Positions 10,177 to 18,624 of a stretch of DNA of 64,000 nucleotides are shown one piece after another. The stretch covers positions 86,836 through 150,835 of the forward strand of contig JACPAK010000001.1 of assembly GCA_016180845.1 (NCBI GenBank). Direction: 5' to 3'. The notes beneath the pieces are model-generated. The model did not search any database. It worked only from the letters and a program-made list of their open reading frames with translations, and was not told where the DNA came from. Origin of the DNA: Deltaproteobacteria bacterium. Its GTDB lineage: Bacteria > UBA10199 > JACPAL01. The position numbers were made by a program, and so were the translations under genes. How positions within the stretch are numbered: position 1 is the first letter of the stretch; the number at the start of each line of letters is the position of its first letter.

Positions 10177-11089
10177 CGTCCCATCACTCGTGCTCCATCT
10201 CGTTTTGATCGTCACGACCCCACCGTTTTTCCTCGGGGTAATCGCAAAGACGAAGGCCTTTCTGGCTGGCAGAAAGGGACCTCCCCTGCTCCAGATCTAC
10301 TACGATCTCTTAAGACTCTTTCGAAAAGGGACAGTCTACAGCCGAAGCTCCTCGATACTCCTTCGTCTTGCCCCCGTCATGATCGTCGCATCCATTTTTT
10401 CGAGCAGCCTCCTGGTCCCCTTGCTCAAGACCGCACCGATTCGGTTTGAGGGGGATCTGATCCTCTTCGCTTACCTCCTGGGGCTCGTCCGATTTATGAC
10501 GATCCTCGCCGCCATGGACGTCGGTTCCAGTTTTGAGGGGATGGGGGCCAGCCGCGAGGCGAGTCTGGGGGCCCTCACAGAACTCGCCTTCTTCCTCGGG
10601 CTGGTAGCCCTTTCGGCGATGACCCGCTCGACCTCACTCACTGCGATCTTCGAGTGGGAGGGGGGACATCCTTTTTGGAACCCGGCCCTTCTAATCCTCT
10701 TCGCCACTTTTTCCCTGATCCTCTTGACCGAAAATTCCCGGATGCCGATCGATGATCCGACAACACATCTGGAACTCACGATGATCCATGAGGTGATGAT
10801 CCTCGATTACAGCGGACCGGATCTGGCGCTTATCCTCTACGGAGCCTCCATGAAACTCTTCCTCTTCATGGCGTTTACCTCCTCGCTTCTCTGGCCTCCC
10901 ACGACGGCTAACATCTGGATGGGGGGCGGTTGGTTGATCTTGAAGGTTACAGGGATGTCGATCGCGATCGGTCTGATCGAATCGGCGAATGCCCGCCTGC
11001 GCCTGATCAAGATCCCGCAACTCCTGGTCGCGAACTTTGTCGCCGCAGCGCTCGGTCTCGCGATTATCCTTATCGGAAGGGGGGTATAG
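10166..11089 (+). CDS. NuoH/HycD/HyfC-like membrane subunit
   Basis: 307 aa. The N-terminus (LAGRKGPPLLQIYYDLLRLFRKG) matches HycD/NuoH. TTG start with GGGAGG 6 nt upstream. Overlaps the preceding gene by 11 nt. Confidence 0.75.
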   Translation: MEFNVPSLVLHLVLIVTTPPFFLGVIAKTKAFLAGRKGPPLLQIYYDLLRLFRKGTVYSRSSSILLRLAPVMIVASIFSSSLLVPLLKTAPIRFEGDLILFAYLLGLVRFMTILAAMDVGSSFEGMGASREASLGALTELAFFLGLVALSAMTRSTSLTAIFEWEGGHPFWNPALLILFATFSLILLTENSRMPIDDPTTHLELTMIHEVMILDYSGPDLALILYGASMKLFLFMAFTSSLLWPPTTANIWMGGGWLILKVTGMSIAIGLIESANARLRLIKIPQLLVANFVAAALGLAIILIGRGV

Positions 11090-11092
11090 ATT

Positions 11093-11725
11093 ATGGAATG
11101 GTTCTTGACCGGCATTATCGTGACAACCTTCTTCATCCTGGGGGCGTCACGGCTCGCCCCCTGTATCCGGATCGCAGCGGTCCAAGGGGCGATGCTCTCC
11201 GTCCTGCCGATCCTGGCCCGCGGGTCGGTGACCGATCCGCACAGTTTGGGGATGTTTTTTGGAACCTTTCTCATCAAGGCGATCCTCATTCCGATCCTGC
11301 TTTTTCGCTCCCTGCGACAGTCCAAGATTCGTGAGGAAATGGAACCGACCGTCAGTCGTCACCTGTCGCTCCTGGCAGGCGGTCTCGTGGTGGTTCTCTC
11401 CTTTTCGTGGCAACTCCCTAACCTTCCCGGCTCTCACTCTCCCCTCATCGTCCCGACAGCGCTGGCGATGGTCCTTTTGGGGTTTCTGCTTCTCGTGACG
11501 CGCCGTAAGGCGGTGACACAGGTGATCGGATTTCTGGTCCTCGAAAATGGTGTCTTTCTCTTCGGAATGACACTCGCCACCGAATTCCCGATAACGGTGG
11601 AGATGGGGGTTTTGCTTGATCTCCTTGTCGGCGTGTTCGTCATGGGAATCATGATCAATCATATCAATCGAACCTTTGATCACATCGACACAACATTGCT
11701 CGCTTCACTGAGGGAGACCGAATGA
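11093..11725 (+). CDS. HyfE-like small membrane subunit of group-4 hydrogenase-type complexes
   Basis: 210 aa with about 6 TM helices. Position and size match HyfE (E. coli 216 aa). Confidence 0.55.
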   Translation: MEWFLTGIIVTTFFILGASRLAPCIRIAAVQGAMLSVLPILARGSVTDPHSLGMFFGTFLIKAILIPILLFRSLRQSKIREEMEPTVSRHLSLLAGGLVVVLSFSWQLPNLPGSHSPLIVPTALAMVLLGFLLLVTRRKAVTQVIGFLVLENGVFLFGMTLATEFPITVEMGVLLDLLVGVFVMGIMINHINRTFDHIDTTLLASLRETE

Positions 11726-13164
11726 TACCGATCCTCCTTGTGGCGCTGCCAACCTTTTTGGGAATCGTCACCCTCCTGATTCGAGGGGAAAAAAGACGAA
11801 AGATTCGTCGGCTCTTTCTCATCCTGGGAGCTCTTGCGCATGCGGCAGGAACAGGTTGGCTCCATATCCGGCCGGAGGAAAAATCCCTTATGGGACTCAT
11901 CGAGGTCGATCCCTTGGGGCTCCTCTTCCTGACGATCACAAGCCTCCTTTTCCTTATCTCGTCGATCTATAGTCTCGGTTATTTCCAACATGAACGTACG
12001 AAATATACCGAGGAGGGGGTGAGCCACCTCTATGTCCCTTGCATGCTCTTCTTCCTCGCCTCCATGACACTCACAACCTTCGCTTCCCAATTGGGAATCC
12101 TCTGGATTGCCATCGAGGCCACCACTATCGCCTCGGCCCCCCTCATCTATTACCATCACCATCACCAGGCGCTCGAGGCAGCCTGGAAGTATCTCCTCAT
12201 CTGTTCCGTCGGGATCGCGATCGCCCTCCTCGGAATCTTTTTTGTCGCTGCTTCAGCGAAGGGAAACGTCGCCGATCTCTCACTCTCGACGATGATCGCT
12301 TCAGCAAGATCTCTCGACGCGCGCTGGTTTCGGGCTGGCTTTCTGCTGATCCTTGTCGGGTTTGGAACAAAGATGGGCTTGGCACCGCTGCATAGCTGGC
12401 TCCCGGACGCCCATAGCGAGGCCCCCTCTCCTGTCTCGGCCCTCTTGTCAGGTGCGCTTCTGAACTGCGCCTTCCTGGGGATCCTTCGATTCTATCAAAT
12501 CCTGATTGCGGCGGGACTTGCCGATTTCGCTGGCAGGGCGCTGACACTCCTGGGGCTCTCCTCGCTCTTCATCGCGACCGTCTTCATCACCGGACAACGG
12601 GATTATAAACGGCTGCTCGCCTACTCCAGTGTGGAACACATGGGAATTATGGCATTGGGCCTCGGCTGGGGGGCCAAATTCGGGGTGCTGCTCCATGCGG
12701 TCAATCACTCCCTCACGAAGGGGCTTTTGTTTCTTGTCGCCGGCCAGATCCTGATCGCCTATCGAACAAAAAATTGCTCCGAAGTTCAGGGACTCATCAG
12801 GACAATCCCAGCAACAGGACTTCTCTTTCTTGTTGGAATCTTCGCCATCATCGGTTCCCCCCCCTTCGGTCCCTTCGTCAGCGAATTTTTGATCCTGCGA
12901 GAAGGCCTCGGCAGAGGGCATCCGGTCGGCTCTTTTCTCTACCTCCTCTTCTTAGGCGTCATTTTTATCTCAATGTCACGCATCGTCCTTGGAATGATCC
13001 AAGGGGAAAAACGGGATATCCTGCCGGGAGAAGCCCCTTCGCGACTCATGGTCTTCCCGCCGGTCGTGCTTGCCGTCGCTGTCTTCCTCTTCGGCCTCTA
13101 TATTCCGGAGTCAATGGTTTCCTTCCTCAAAACCGCCTCTCAACTGATTGGAGGGGGTTCATGA
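11722..13164 (+). CDS. NuoM/NuoN/HyfF-like antiporter-type membrane subunit
   Basis: 480 aa. Conserved GFGTKMGLAPLHSWLPDAHSEAPSPVSALLSG segment. The stop overlaps the next gene's start in an ATGA. Confidence 0.8.
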   Translation: MIPILLVALPTFLGIVTLLIRGEKRRKIRRLFLILGALAHAAGTGWLHIRPEEKSLMGLIEVDPLGLLFLTITSLLFLISSIYSLGYFQHERTKYTEEGVSHLYVPCMLFFLASMTLTTFASQLGILWIAIEATTIASAPLIYYHHHHQALEAAWKYLLICSVGIAIALLGIFFVAASAKGNVADLSLSTMIASARSLDARWFRAGFLLILVGFGTKMGLAPLHSWLPDAHSEAPSPVSALLSGALLNCAFLGILRFYQILIAAGLADFAGRALTLLGLSSLFIATVFITGQRDYKRLLAYSSVEHMGIMALGLGWGAKFGVLLHAVNHSLTKGLLFLVAGQILIAYRTKNCSEVQGLIRTIPATGLLFLVGIFAIIGSPPFGPFVSEFLILREGLGRGHPVGSFLYLLFLGVIFISMSRIVLGMIQGEKRDILPGEAPSRLMVFPPVVLAVAVFLFGLYIPESMVSFLKTASQLIGGGS

Positions 13165-14618
13165 CTTTTTCAGCGACCAAGAATGCCTCACCTGTTTTGA
13201 TTTCCGAGATTCCGATTCTCACCCTTGAAGACTGGCGGCTCTGGATCCTGGAGACCTGTCAGAAAAACGGTGGCCGCATCGTTTCGCTTTTGGCCCATCA
13301 GGAAAAAGAAACCGTTCGGATCTATGGAATCCTCGGGATTGATTCCAAAGGAGAATTACAGATTGCCGGTCTCGATCTTCAAAACAAAAAGTATCCCTCT
13401 CTGACACCTGATCTCCCTGAGGCGCATCTGTTTGAGAGAGAGCTTTTTGAACAGAGCGGCATCGTCCCTGAAGGACACCCCTGGCTGAAACCGGTCCGAC
13501 AGCTTGCCAACTATCCCTTTTATCAAATGGCCGGGGAGGAGATTCATGAAGTGGCAGTAGGACCGGTCCATGCCGGGATTATTGAACCGGGACATTTCCG
13601 GTTCCAATGCCATGGTGAGAAGGTCTTTTATCTGGAAATCCAGCTAGGCTATCAACACCGTGGGCTAGAACAACTCATCGTCACGTCAAACCCAAGTCGC
13701 CGTGCGGTCCTCGCCGAATCGATCGCCGGCGATACCGTGATCGGTCATGGACTTGGCTTTTGCCACGCCATCGAAGGACTTTCCCAAGCAGAGGTCCCAC
13801 AAAGAGCGAAGGGACTCCGCGCTATCGCGCTGGAACTTGAAAGACTCGCGAACCATTCGGGAGATCTCGGGGCCTTGGCCGCCGATATCGGTTTTCTGCC
13901 AGCAAGCGCCTGGTTCGGGAGGCTTCGGGGGGAATTTTTAAATCTCTTGATGGAGCTCACAGGAAATCGGTTTGGCCGATCTTTCTTGAGGCCGGGCGGG
14001 GTGCTTTTTGATCTCACAAACGAGATGATCATTGATTTCAAGAAACGGATCCTGCATGCCGCCTCGGAGATGAAGGAGATCTCTGACCTTTTCTTCAACG
14101 CCTCGTCAGTTCTTGCGCGACTGGAACATACAGGAGTCGTCGCAACAGAGACCGCAAGGGGCTTGGGAATGGTGGGGCCTGCGGCACGCGCGAGCAATCT
14201 CGTACGTGACGTGCGCCACGACTATCCCACAGAATTCTACCGCCTTTTCCCCATCCCTCCGATGAGACTGACCACAGGGGACGTCTCTGCTCGTGCACGC
14301 ATCCGATCATTAGAAAGCAAAAGATCCTCTGAATTTATCCTGAAACAGCTCGACACGCTCACGTCGGACAAGATCCTTGGCACCTGCGAAGAACCAAGGG
14401 GCTCATCCCTGGTCGTGAGTCTCGTCGAGGGGTGGAGGGGAGAGATCGCGCATATCGTCCTGACCGATGAGAGGGGAGAGATCATGAGGTACAAGATCGT
14501 CGATCCCTCATTTCATAACTGGATGGCATTGGCCTTGGCGATGCGGGACGGACAGATCTCCGATTTCCCGCTCTGCAATAAGAGTTTTAATTTGTCGTAC
14601 GCTGGACATGATTTGTAG
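13161..14618 (+). CDS. fused NuoC-NuoD / HycE-like 'large subunit' lacking NiFe-binding cysteines (Ehr-type)
   Basis: 485 aa. N-terminal NuoC-like part, then a NuoD/HycE-like part (EPGHFRF, GYQHRGLEQL). Where HycE has RVCGICGFAH this protein has ESIAGDTVIGHG, and where HycE has DPCYSCTDR it has DPSFHNW. RBS GGAGGGGG precedes the ATG. Confidence 0.8.
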   Translation: MTFSATKNASPVLISEIPILTLEDWRLWILETCQKNGGRIVSLLAHQEKETVRIYGILGIDSKGELQIAGLDLQNKKYPSLTPDLPEAHLFERELFEQSGIVPEGHPWLKPVRQLANYPFYQMAGEEIHEVAVGPVHAGIIEPGHFRFQCHGEKVFYLEIQLGYQHRGLEQLIVTSNPSRRAVLAESIAGDTVIGHGLGFCHAIEGLSQAEVPQRAKGLRAIALELERLANHSGDLGALAADIGFLPASAWFGRLRGEFLNLLMELTGNRFGRSFLRPGGVLFDLTNEMIIDFKKRILHAASEMKEISDLFFNASSVLARLEHTGVVATETARGLGMVGPAARASNLVRDVRHDYPTEFYRLFPIPPMRLTTGDVSARARIRSLESKRSSEFILKQLDTLTSDKILGTCEEPRGSSLVVSLVEGWRGEIAHIVLTDERGEIMRYKIVDPSFHNWMALALAMRDGQISDFPLCNKSFNLSYAGHDL

Positions 14619-14629
14619 AGGTAGCATCT

Positions 14630-15325
14630 ATGTGGGAAATTCTTAAAAATCGTTGGCGGCAGGGATACCGAACACTGAAATTTCCGGAAGAAGCGCTTCT
14701 TCCCGAACGTTTTCGGGGAAGGCCAATCCTCACAGATGGGAACCCACTCGATCTCGGGAAATGCCTCTTCTCGCCGGATGATAATGTGGTCTACTCTCGT
14801 GATTACCGGATGGCTGTCCGCAAAAGGGAAGATTTGATTTTGAAGGGAGAGGAAATCAAGTTGGCAACAGCATTGGATAAGAAAATGAGGAAACTCTTTG
14901 GACGATCGCTGAAGCTCCGGGCGGTTTGTGCCGGAAGCTGTAACGGGTGTGATCTCGAGCTTCAGGCATTGAATAACGTCGTCTTCGACCTTTCACGATT
15001 CGGGATACAATTTGTCGCATCGCCCCGTCATGCCGATGGCCTTGTCGTCACAGGACCTGTGACCGAAAATATGAAACTCGCCCTCAAAAAAACCTACGAG
15101 GCAGTTCCCGATCCGAAGATCGTGATTGCGGTAGGCGCCTGCGCTATCAGTGGTGGACCTTTCGAGGGAAGTCCCGAGGTGAATAACGGCGCTGACAAGA
15201 TACTCCCCGTCGATCTCTACATCCCTGGTTGCCCGCCGCATCCACTCACGATTCTTGATGGACTCTTGAGACTTTTGGGGAGGATCGAAGCCAATTCTTC
15301 CAGATTGACCGCTTGCAAGGCCTGA
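14630..15325 (+). CDS. NuoB/HycG-like small subunit with [4Fe-4S] ligands
   Basis: 231 aa. VCAGSCNGCDLEL aligns to HycG VDCGGCNGCEIEI. GACAISGG and PGCPPHP are conserved. About 100-aa N-terminal extension. Confidence 0.8.
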   Translation: MWEILKNRWRQGYRTLKFPEEALLPERFRGRPILTDGNPLDLGKCLFSPDDNVVYSRDYRMAVRKREDLILKGEEIKLATALDKKMRKLFGRSLKLRAVCAGSCNGCDLELQALNNVVFDLSRFGIQFVASPRHADGLVVTGPVTENMKLALKKTYEAVPDPKIVIAVGACAISGGPFEGSPEVNNGADKILPVDLYIPGCPPHPLTILDGLLRLLGRIEANSSRLTACKA

Positions 15326-16323
15326 TTTCTTACCGAACTGGCCTCAGGGAAATAGCGCAAATAACCGGACAGGTGTTTACGCACCTTCCTGAGATCATCG
15401 CCTGCCTCTGCGTAGAGCGAGGCATGTTCCAGCGCCACCATCGCACGTCTTTCATAGGAAATATTGAGTGGGTCAATCCCTTGAAAAAGCCATGGATTGC
15501 CGATGGCGCTCCGTCCGATCAAGACTCCATTGACGCCAGTTTTCTGGATGAGGGAGGTCGCTTGGGTGAGCGATTCGATGTCACCATTTCCTAAAATAAG
15601 GGTGCCGCTTCCGCGAGCCACTGCCACCGCCTCCGCAATCGCCTCCCAATGGGCAAGCCCCCGATACATCTGTTTCAAGGTGCGACCATGTATCGAGATC
15701 ACCGCGGGTGATTGCTGTAGCAGGGTCTCGACCCACCGATCGATAATGATGGCATCATAACCGATCCGTGTCTTGATCGAGTAGGGAATCGGCCGCCTGA
15801 CCACGAGTCTCTCTGCCCCGATTCGAGCCGAGTTCATGCGGCAAACGGTGGCAATGACCCGTTCCGAAAGCTTGAGCTCTTCCAGCGTTTGTCCTCTTGA
15901 CCAATCCTGAATCGCGTGACGGACCGCCTTGATGATCTCGATCGCAAGATCGGGTGCCGTGATCAACTTGGCCCCGCAGTTTTTTTCGACCACTTTTTTT
16001 GAGGGACAGCCCATGTTGATATCGACCCCATCAAAGCCGAGTTCGCAAACAACATGGGTCGCCTTGTAAAAATCATCCGGGTCATGGCCATAGATCTGGG
16101 CGACAACCGGCCTCTCAATCTCGCTGTATCGAAAATCGTTCAGGATCCTTTCGGGGGCGTAAAAGAGTCCCTCGGCAGTCGTGAACTCGGTAAAGAGGAC
16201 ATGGGGCCGCCCATGCCTCGCCATGATCGCACGACAGGCAAAGTCGGTGACCCCATCCATCGGCGCAAGCGCAATGATCGGTTGGCAGAGGTTTTTCCAA
16301 AATCCTAAAAAAGGAGACGTCAT
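15217..16323 (-). CDS. tRNA-dihydrouridine synthase (DusB-like)
   Basis: TIM-barrel Dus motifs (APMDGVTD, GVDINMGCP, IHGRT). The start is placed at the internal ATG at 16323 (MTSPF...). The 3' end overlaps the convergent small-subunit gene. Confidence 0.75.
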   Translation of the reverse strand: MTSPFLGFWKNLCQPIIALAPMDGVTDFACRAIMARHGRPHVLFTEFTTAEGLFYAPERILNDFRYSEIERPVVAQIYGHDPDDFYKATHVVCELGFDGVDINMGCPSKKVVEKNCGAKLITAPDLAIEIIKAVRHAIQDWSRGQTLEELKLSERVIATVCRMNSARIGAERLVVRRPIPYSIKTRIGYDAIIIDRWVETLLQQSPAVISIHGRTLKQMYRGLAHWEAIAEAVAVARGSGTLILGNGDIESLTQATSLIQKTGVNGVLIGRSAIGNPWLFQGIDPLNISYERRAMVALEHASLYAEAGDDLRKVRKHLSGYLRYFPEASSVRNQALQAVNLEELASILPKSLKSPSRIVSGCGGQPGM

Positions 16324-16364
16324 TTTGTGCCTTATATAGTATGGGGTTCCTGAGGACAATGAGA

Positions 16365-16916
16365 ATGAAGCTTTATCTGGCATCAACATCGCCCCGCCGG
16401 AAGAATCTTTTGGCCAGATTGGGGATACCTTTCGAAGTCGTCCCACCCACCTTCCTCGAACATGAGACAACACTCACTCCTTCAGAAGAGACCCTTCTCT
16501 TCGCCGAAGAAAAGGCACGCTCAATCGCTTCCCCCCCTCCGAATGCCCTGATACTTGGTTGTGACACCTTGATCGCGTGCGACGGCCAGAAGCTTGGCAA
16601 ACCCGAAGATGCCGCCGATGCGAAACGGATCTTGAAAATTCTCTCAGGCAAGACACACGAGGTCCATACGGCGTTGTTCCTTTTAGACACTCAAAATGGC
16701 TCTTCTAAAAGGCATCTCGAAACAACGCGAGTGACTTTCCGAAGACTTTCTGATCCAGAGATTGCCACCTATGTCGCGACGGGTGAGCCATTCGGCAAGG
16801 CAGGGGCCTACGCGATTCAGGGAAGAGCGAGGGGTTTTATCACGAAGATCGAGGGGGACGAGGAATCGGTGATTGGGTTGCCGCTGAAAATTCTTAGGGG
16901 ATGGCTCGGTTCTTGA
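16365..16916 (+). CDS. maf: Maf-family nucleoside triphosphate pyrophosphatase
   Basis: MKLYLASTSPRRKNLL N-terminus and Maf signature motifs. Start chosen at the third in-frame Met. Confidence 0.8.
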   Translation: MKLYLASTSPRRKNLLARLGIPFEVVPPTFLEHETTLTPSEETLLFAEEKARSIASPPPNALILGCDTLIACDGQKLGKPEDAADAKRILKILSGKTHEVHTALFLLDTQNGSSKRHLETTRVTFRRLSDPEIATYVATGEPFGKAGAYAIQGRARGFITKIEGDEESVIGLPLKILRGWLGS

Positions 16917-16986
16917 CAGAGACTCACCTAGTGAGCGAGCATTGATCGGATCCTGGTTCTTTGAAAACAAGTTTTTGAGATGTCCC

Positions 16987-17333
16987 GGGGGCGAATTGGA
17001 TTCGACGAGAGTGCTGACGGCACCAGTCGCAGGTCGAGGTCGCTGGACCCTCGTTAAACACTGGCAAAAACCTAAATGACAATAGCGTAAGCTATGCCAT
17101 GGCTGCTTAATTAGCCGCCCGTTCTCAATGTCCGCTCCCACCGGGTGTTGATGGACGCAACATGTGGGATGCTCATCTGACCGGGACGCTGGGTCAGATG
17201 TTAAGACATACAGTGTCTGGTCTTCCGGCCCCGGTCTTGGAGGTCACCGGAAGATGAGAAACAAACCAAGGCTAAGCCTGTAGTGACTTTGCTCGATCAC
17301 CTTCGGACGCGGGTTCGATTCCCGCCGCCTCCA
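16987..17333 (+). ncRNA. ssrA: tmRNA (SsrA)
   Basis: 5' GGGGGCGAAUUGGAUUCGACG (tRNA-like domain) pairs with 3' ...GCGGGUUCGAUUCCCGC CGCCUCC A (T-arm plus acceptor). Internal tag ORF ggc aaa aac cta aat gac aat agc gta agc tat gcc atg gct gct taa at 17063-17110, giving (G)KNLNDNSVSYAMAA. Confidence 0.9.
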
Positions 17334-17398
17334 CAAAAAAATCGGCTCGAACCGTAATGAAGGAATCTTCACCGGTGGATCCGGATGTGGTAGCTTGA

Positions 17399-18553
17399 TC
17401 ATCTCCCTCGATAAAGGGCCGCAACTGGAATGCAGCGAATGTCTTCGATACTGTAATAATCTTCCCCCAAATAGAACAGGTATCCGCTCCTATTCTCTTT
17501 ATCCATACCAACAAACTCCTTGAGGTTGTTAATGTCTTTTCTGGAAGGGCGAAGGGTTGATTTTATTTCCACAGCCTTGAGTTTCTGATTTTCTACAAGA
17601 ATAAGGTCAATTTCAAAACCGGAGTTATTCTTATAAAAAAACAGCTGATCCGTTTTATAAAACCCAAGTTTCCGCCTTTTCTCGATTTCAGAGATAACGA
17701 AATTTTCCACAATCTGTCCCCTGCTACACTGCGTACCCAAAGCGGAGATCATCCCTGTATCACAATAATAGGATTTTGATCCCTTAACGTATCTCTTGGA
17801 AGGACCATGCTGATATCCTGCCAAAGTAAAACCCAAACCGGATTGATAGAGACTCTGTAAATATTTCTTTGCTGTAATGTGGTTTAAATTGGCCTCATGT
17901 CTGAAATTTTCAATCTGTGTAATGTTGCCGATGGAAAGGGCGTAATGATTCAACATGGCCCGCAGGCCCGTAACATCCTGTATATTGGAAAGTAGACTTA
18001 AGTCTCTGGTGAAGTAGGTATTGCGATAATTCTCCAATATTTCTTTTTTCTCTGTTTCATCTTTGGCCGAGACGACTTCTGGAAAACCACCATACTTTAA
18101 AAATGATTCTAATTTCCGCTGTGCTTGAAGGATTTGAGGGAGGGAAGCCTGATCTTCAAAAATGGAATGTGTTGGCTCACCGAATTCTTCCCCCCAACAA
18201 CAAGGGGGTAATTCCAAAATTTGTATGCGCCCCGCCAACGAGTCTGCCGATGCATCCAACAATCCGATTCGACTGGAACCGCTCATCAAAACAGTAGCCA
18301 CCTGTTCGTCGATGGAAAATTTTGCCGCAATCGTTAGCCTCGGAACACGCTGTATCTCATCGAGGATTACCTTGGGGTTACCTTCCAAAAGGGCCTTGGG
18401 GTCTTTCTCAGCCAAGGCGAGTACGTCCAGATCATCCAATGTCAAGTATTTGAAATCAGGGAAGTTTTTCTTTAAATACATGCTCTTTCCTGCCCTTCTA
18501 GGGCCTAAAATTAAAGCGCTTTTAGCAGGTTTTCTAAGCCATCTATCAAACAT
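17399..18553 (-). CDS. AAA-family ATPase (Walker A GPRRAGKS; AAA_14 + DUF4143-type architecture)
   Basis: 384 aa with a P-loop near the N-terminus and a C-terminal region typical of DUF4143 ATPases. Markedly AT-richer than flanking DNA. Lies 66 nt after the tmRNA 3' end. Confidence 0.65.
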   Translation of the reverse strand: MFDRWLRKPAKSALILGPRRAGKSMYLKKNFPDFKYLTLDDLDVLALAEKDPKALLEGNPKVILDEIQRVPRLTIAAKFSIDEQVATVLMSGSSRIGLLDASADSLAGRIQILELPPCCWGEEFGEPTHSIFEDQASLPQILQAQRKLESFLKYGGFPEVVSAKDETEKKEILENYRNTYFTRDLSLLSNIQDVTGLRAMLNHYALSIGNITQIENFRHEANLNHITAKKYLQSLYQSGLGFTLAGYQHGPSKRYVKGSKSYYCDTGMISALGTQCSRGQIVENFVISEIEKRRKLGFYKTDQLFFYKNNSGFEIDLILVENQKLKAVEIKSTLRPSRKDINNLKEFVGMDKENRSGYLFYLGEDYYSIEDIRCIPVAALYRGR

Positions 18554-18624
18554 GATATTAAAATAGTATGGATTTTTATATAGTCAACTATAAAAATTAT
18601 TTGGATCCAGGTCTGATTCGGTTT

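Noticed and set aside
12107-12190. His-tag-like HHHHQ run in the NuoN-like protein (IYYHHHHQALEA)
   Set aside because: A short native histidine run in a loop, with no evidence of vector contamination. The flanking sequence is a normal membrane protein.
16917-16986. sigma70 promoter for ssrA (TTGAAA at 16961)
   Set aside because: No acceptable -10 hexamer at 16-18-nt spacing, so not reported as a feature.
17272-17514. 80-aa minus-strand ORF overlapping the 3' end of the tmRNA
   Set aside because: It overlaps the tmRNA acceptor and T-arm and is most likely spurious.
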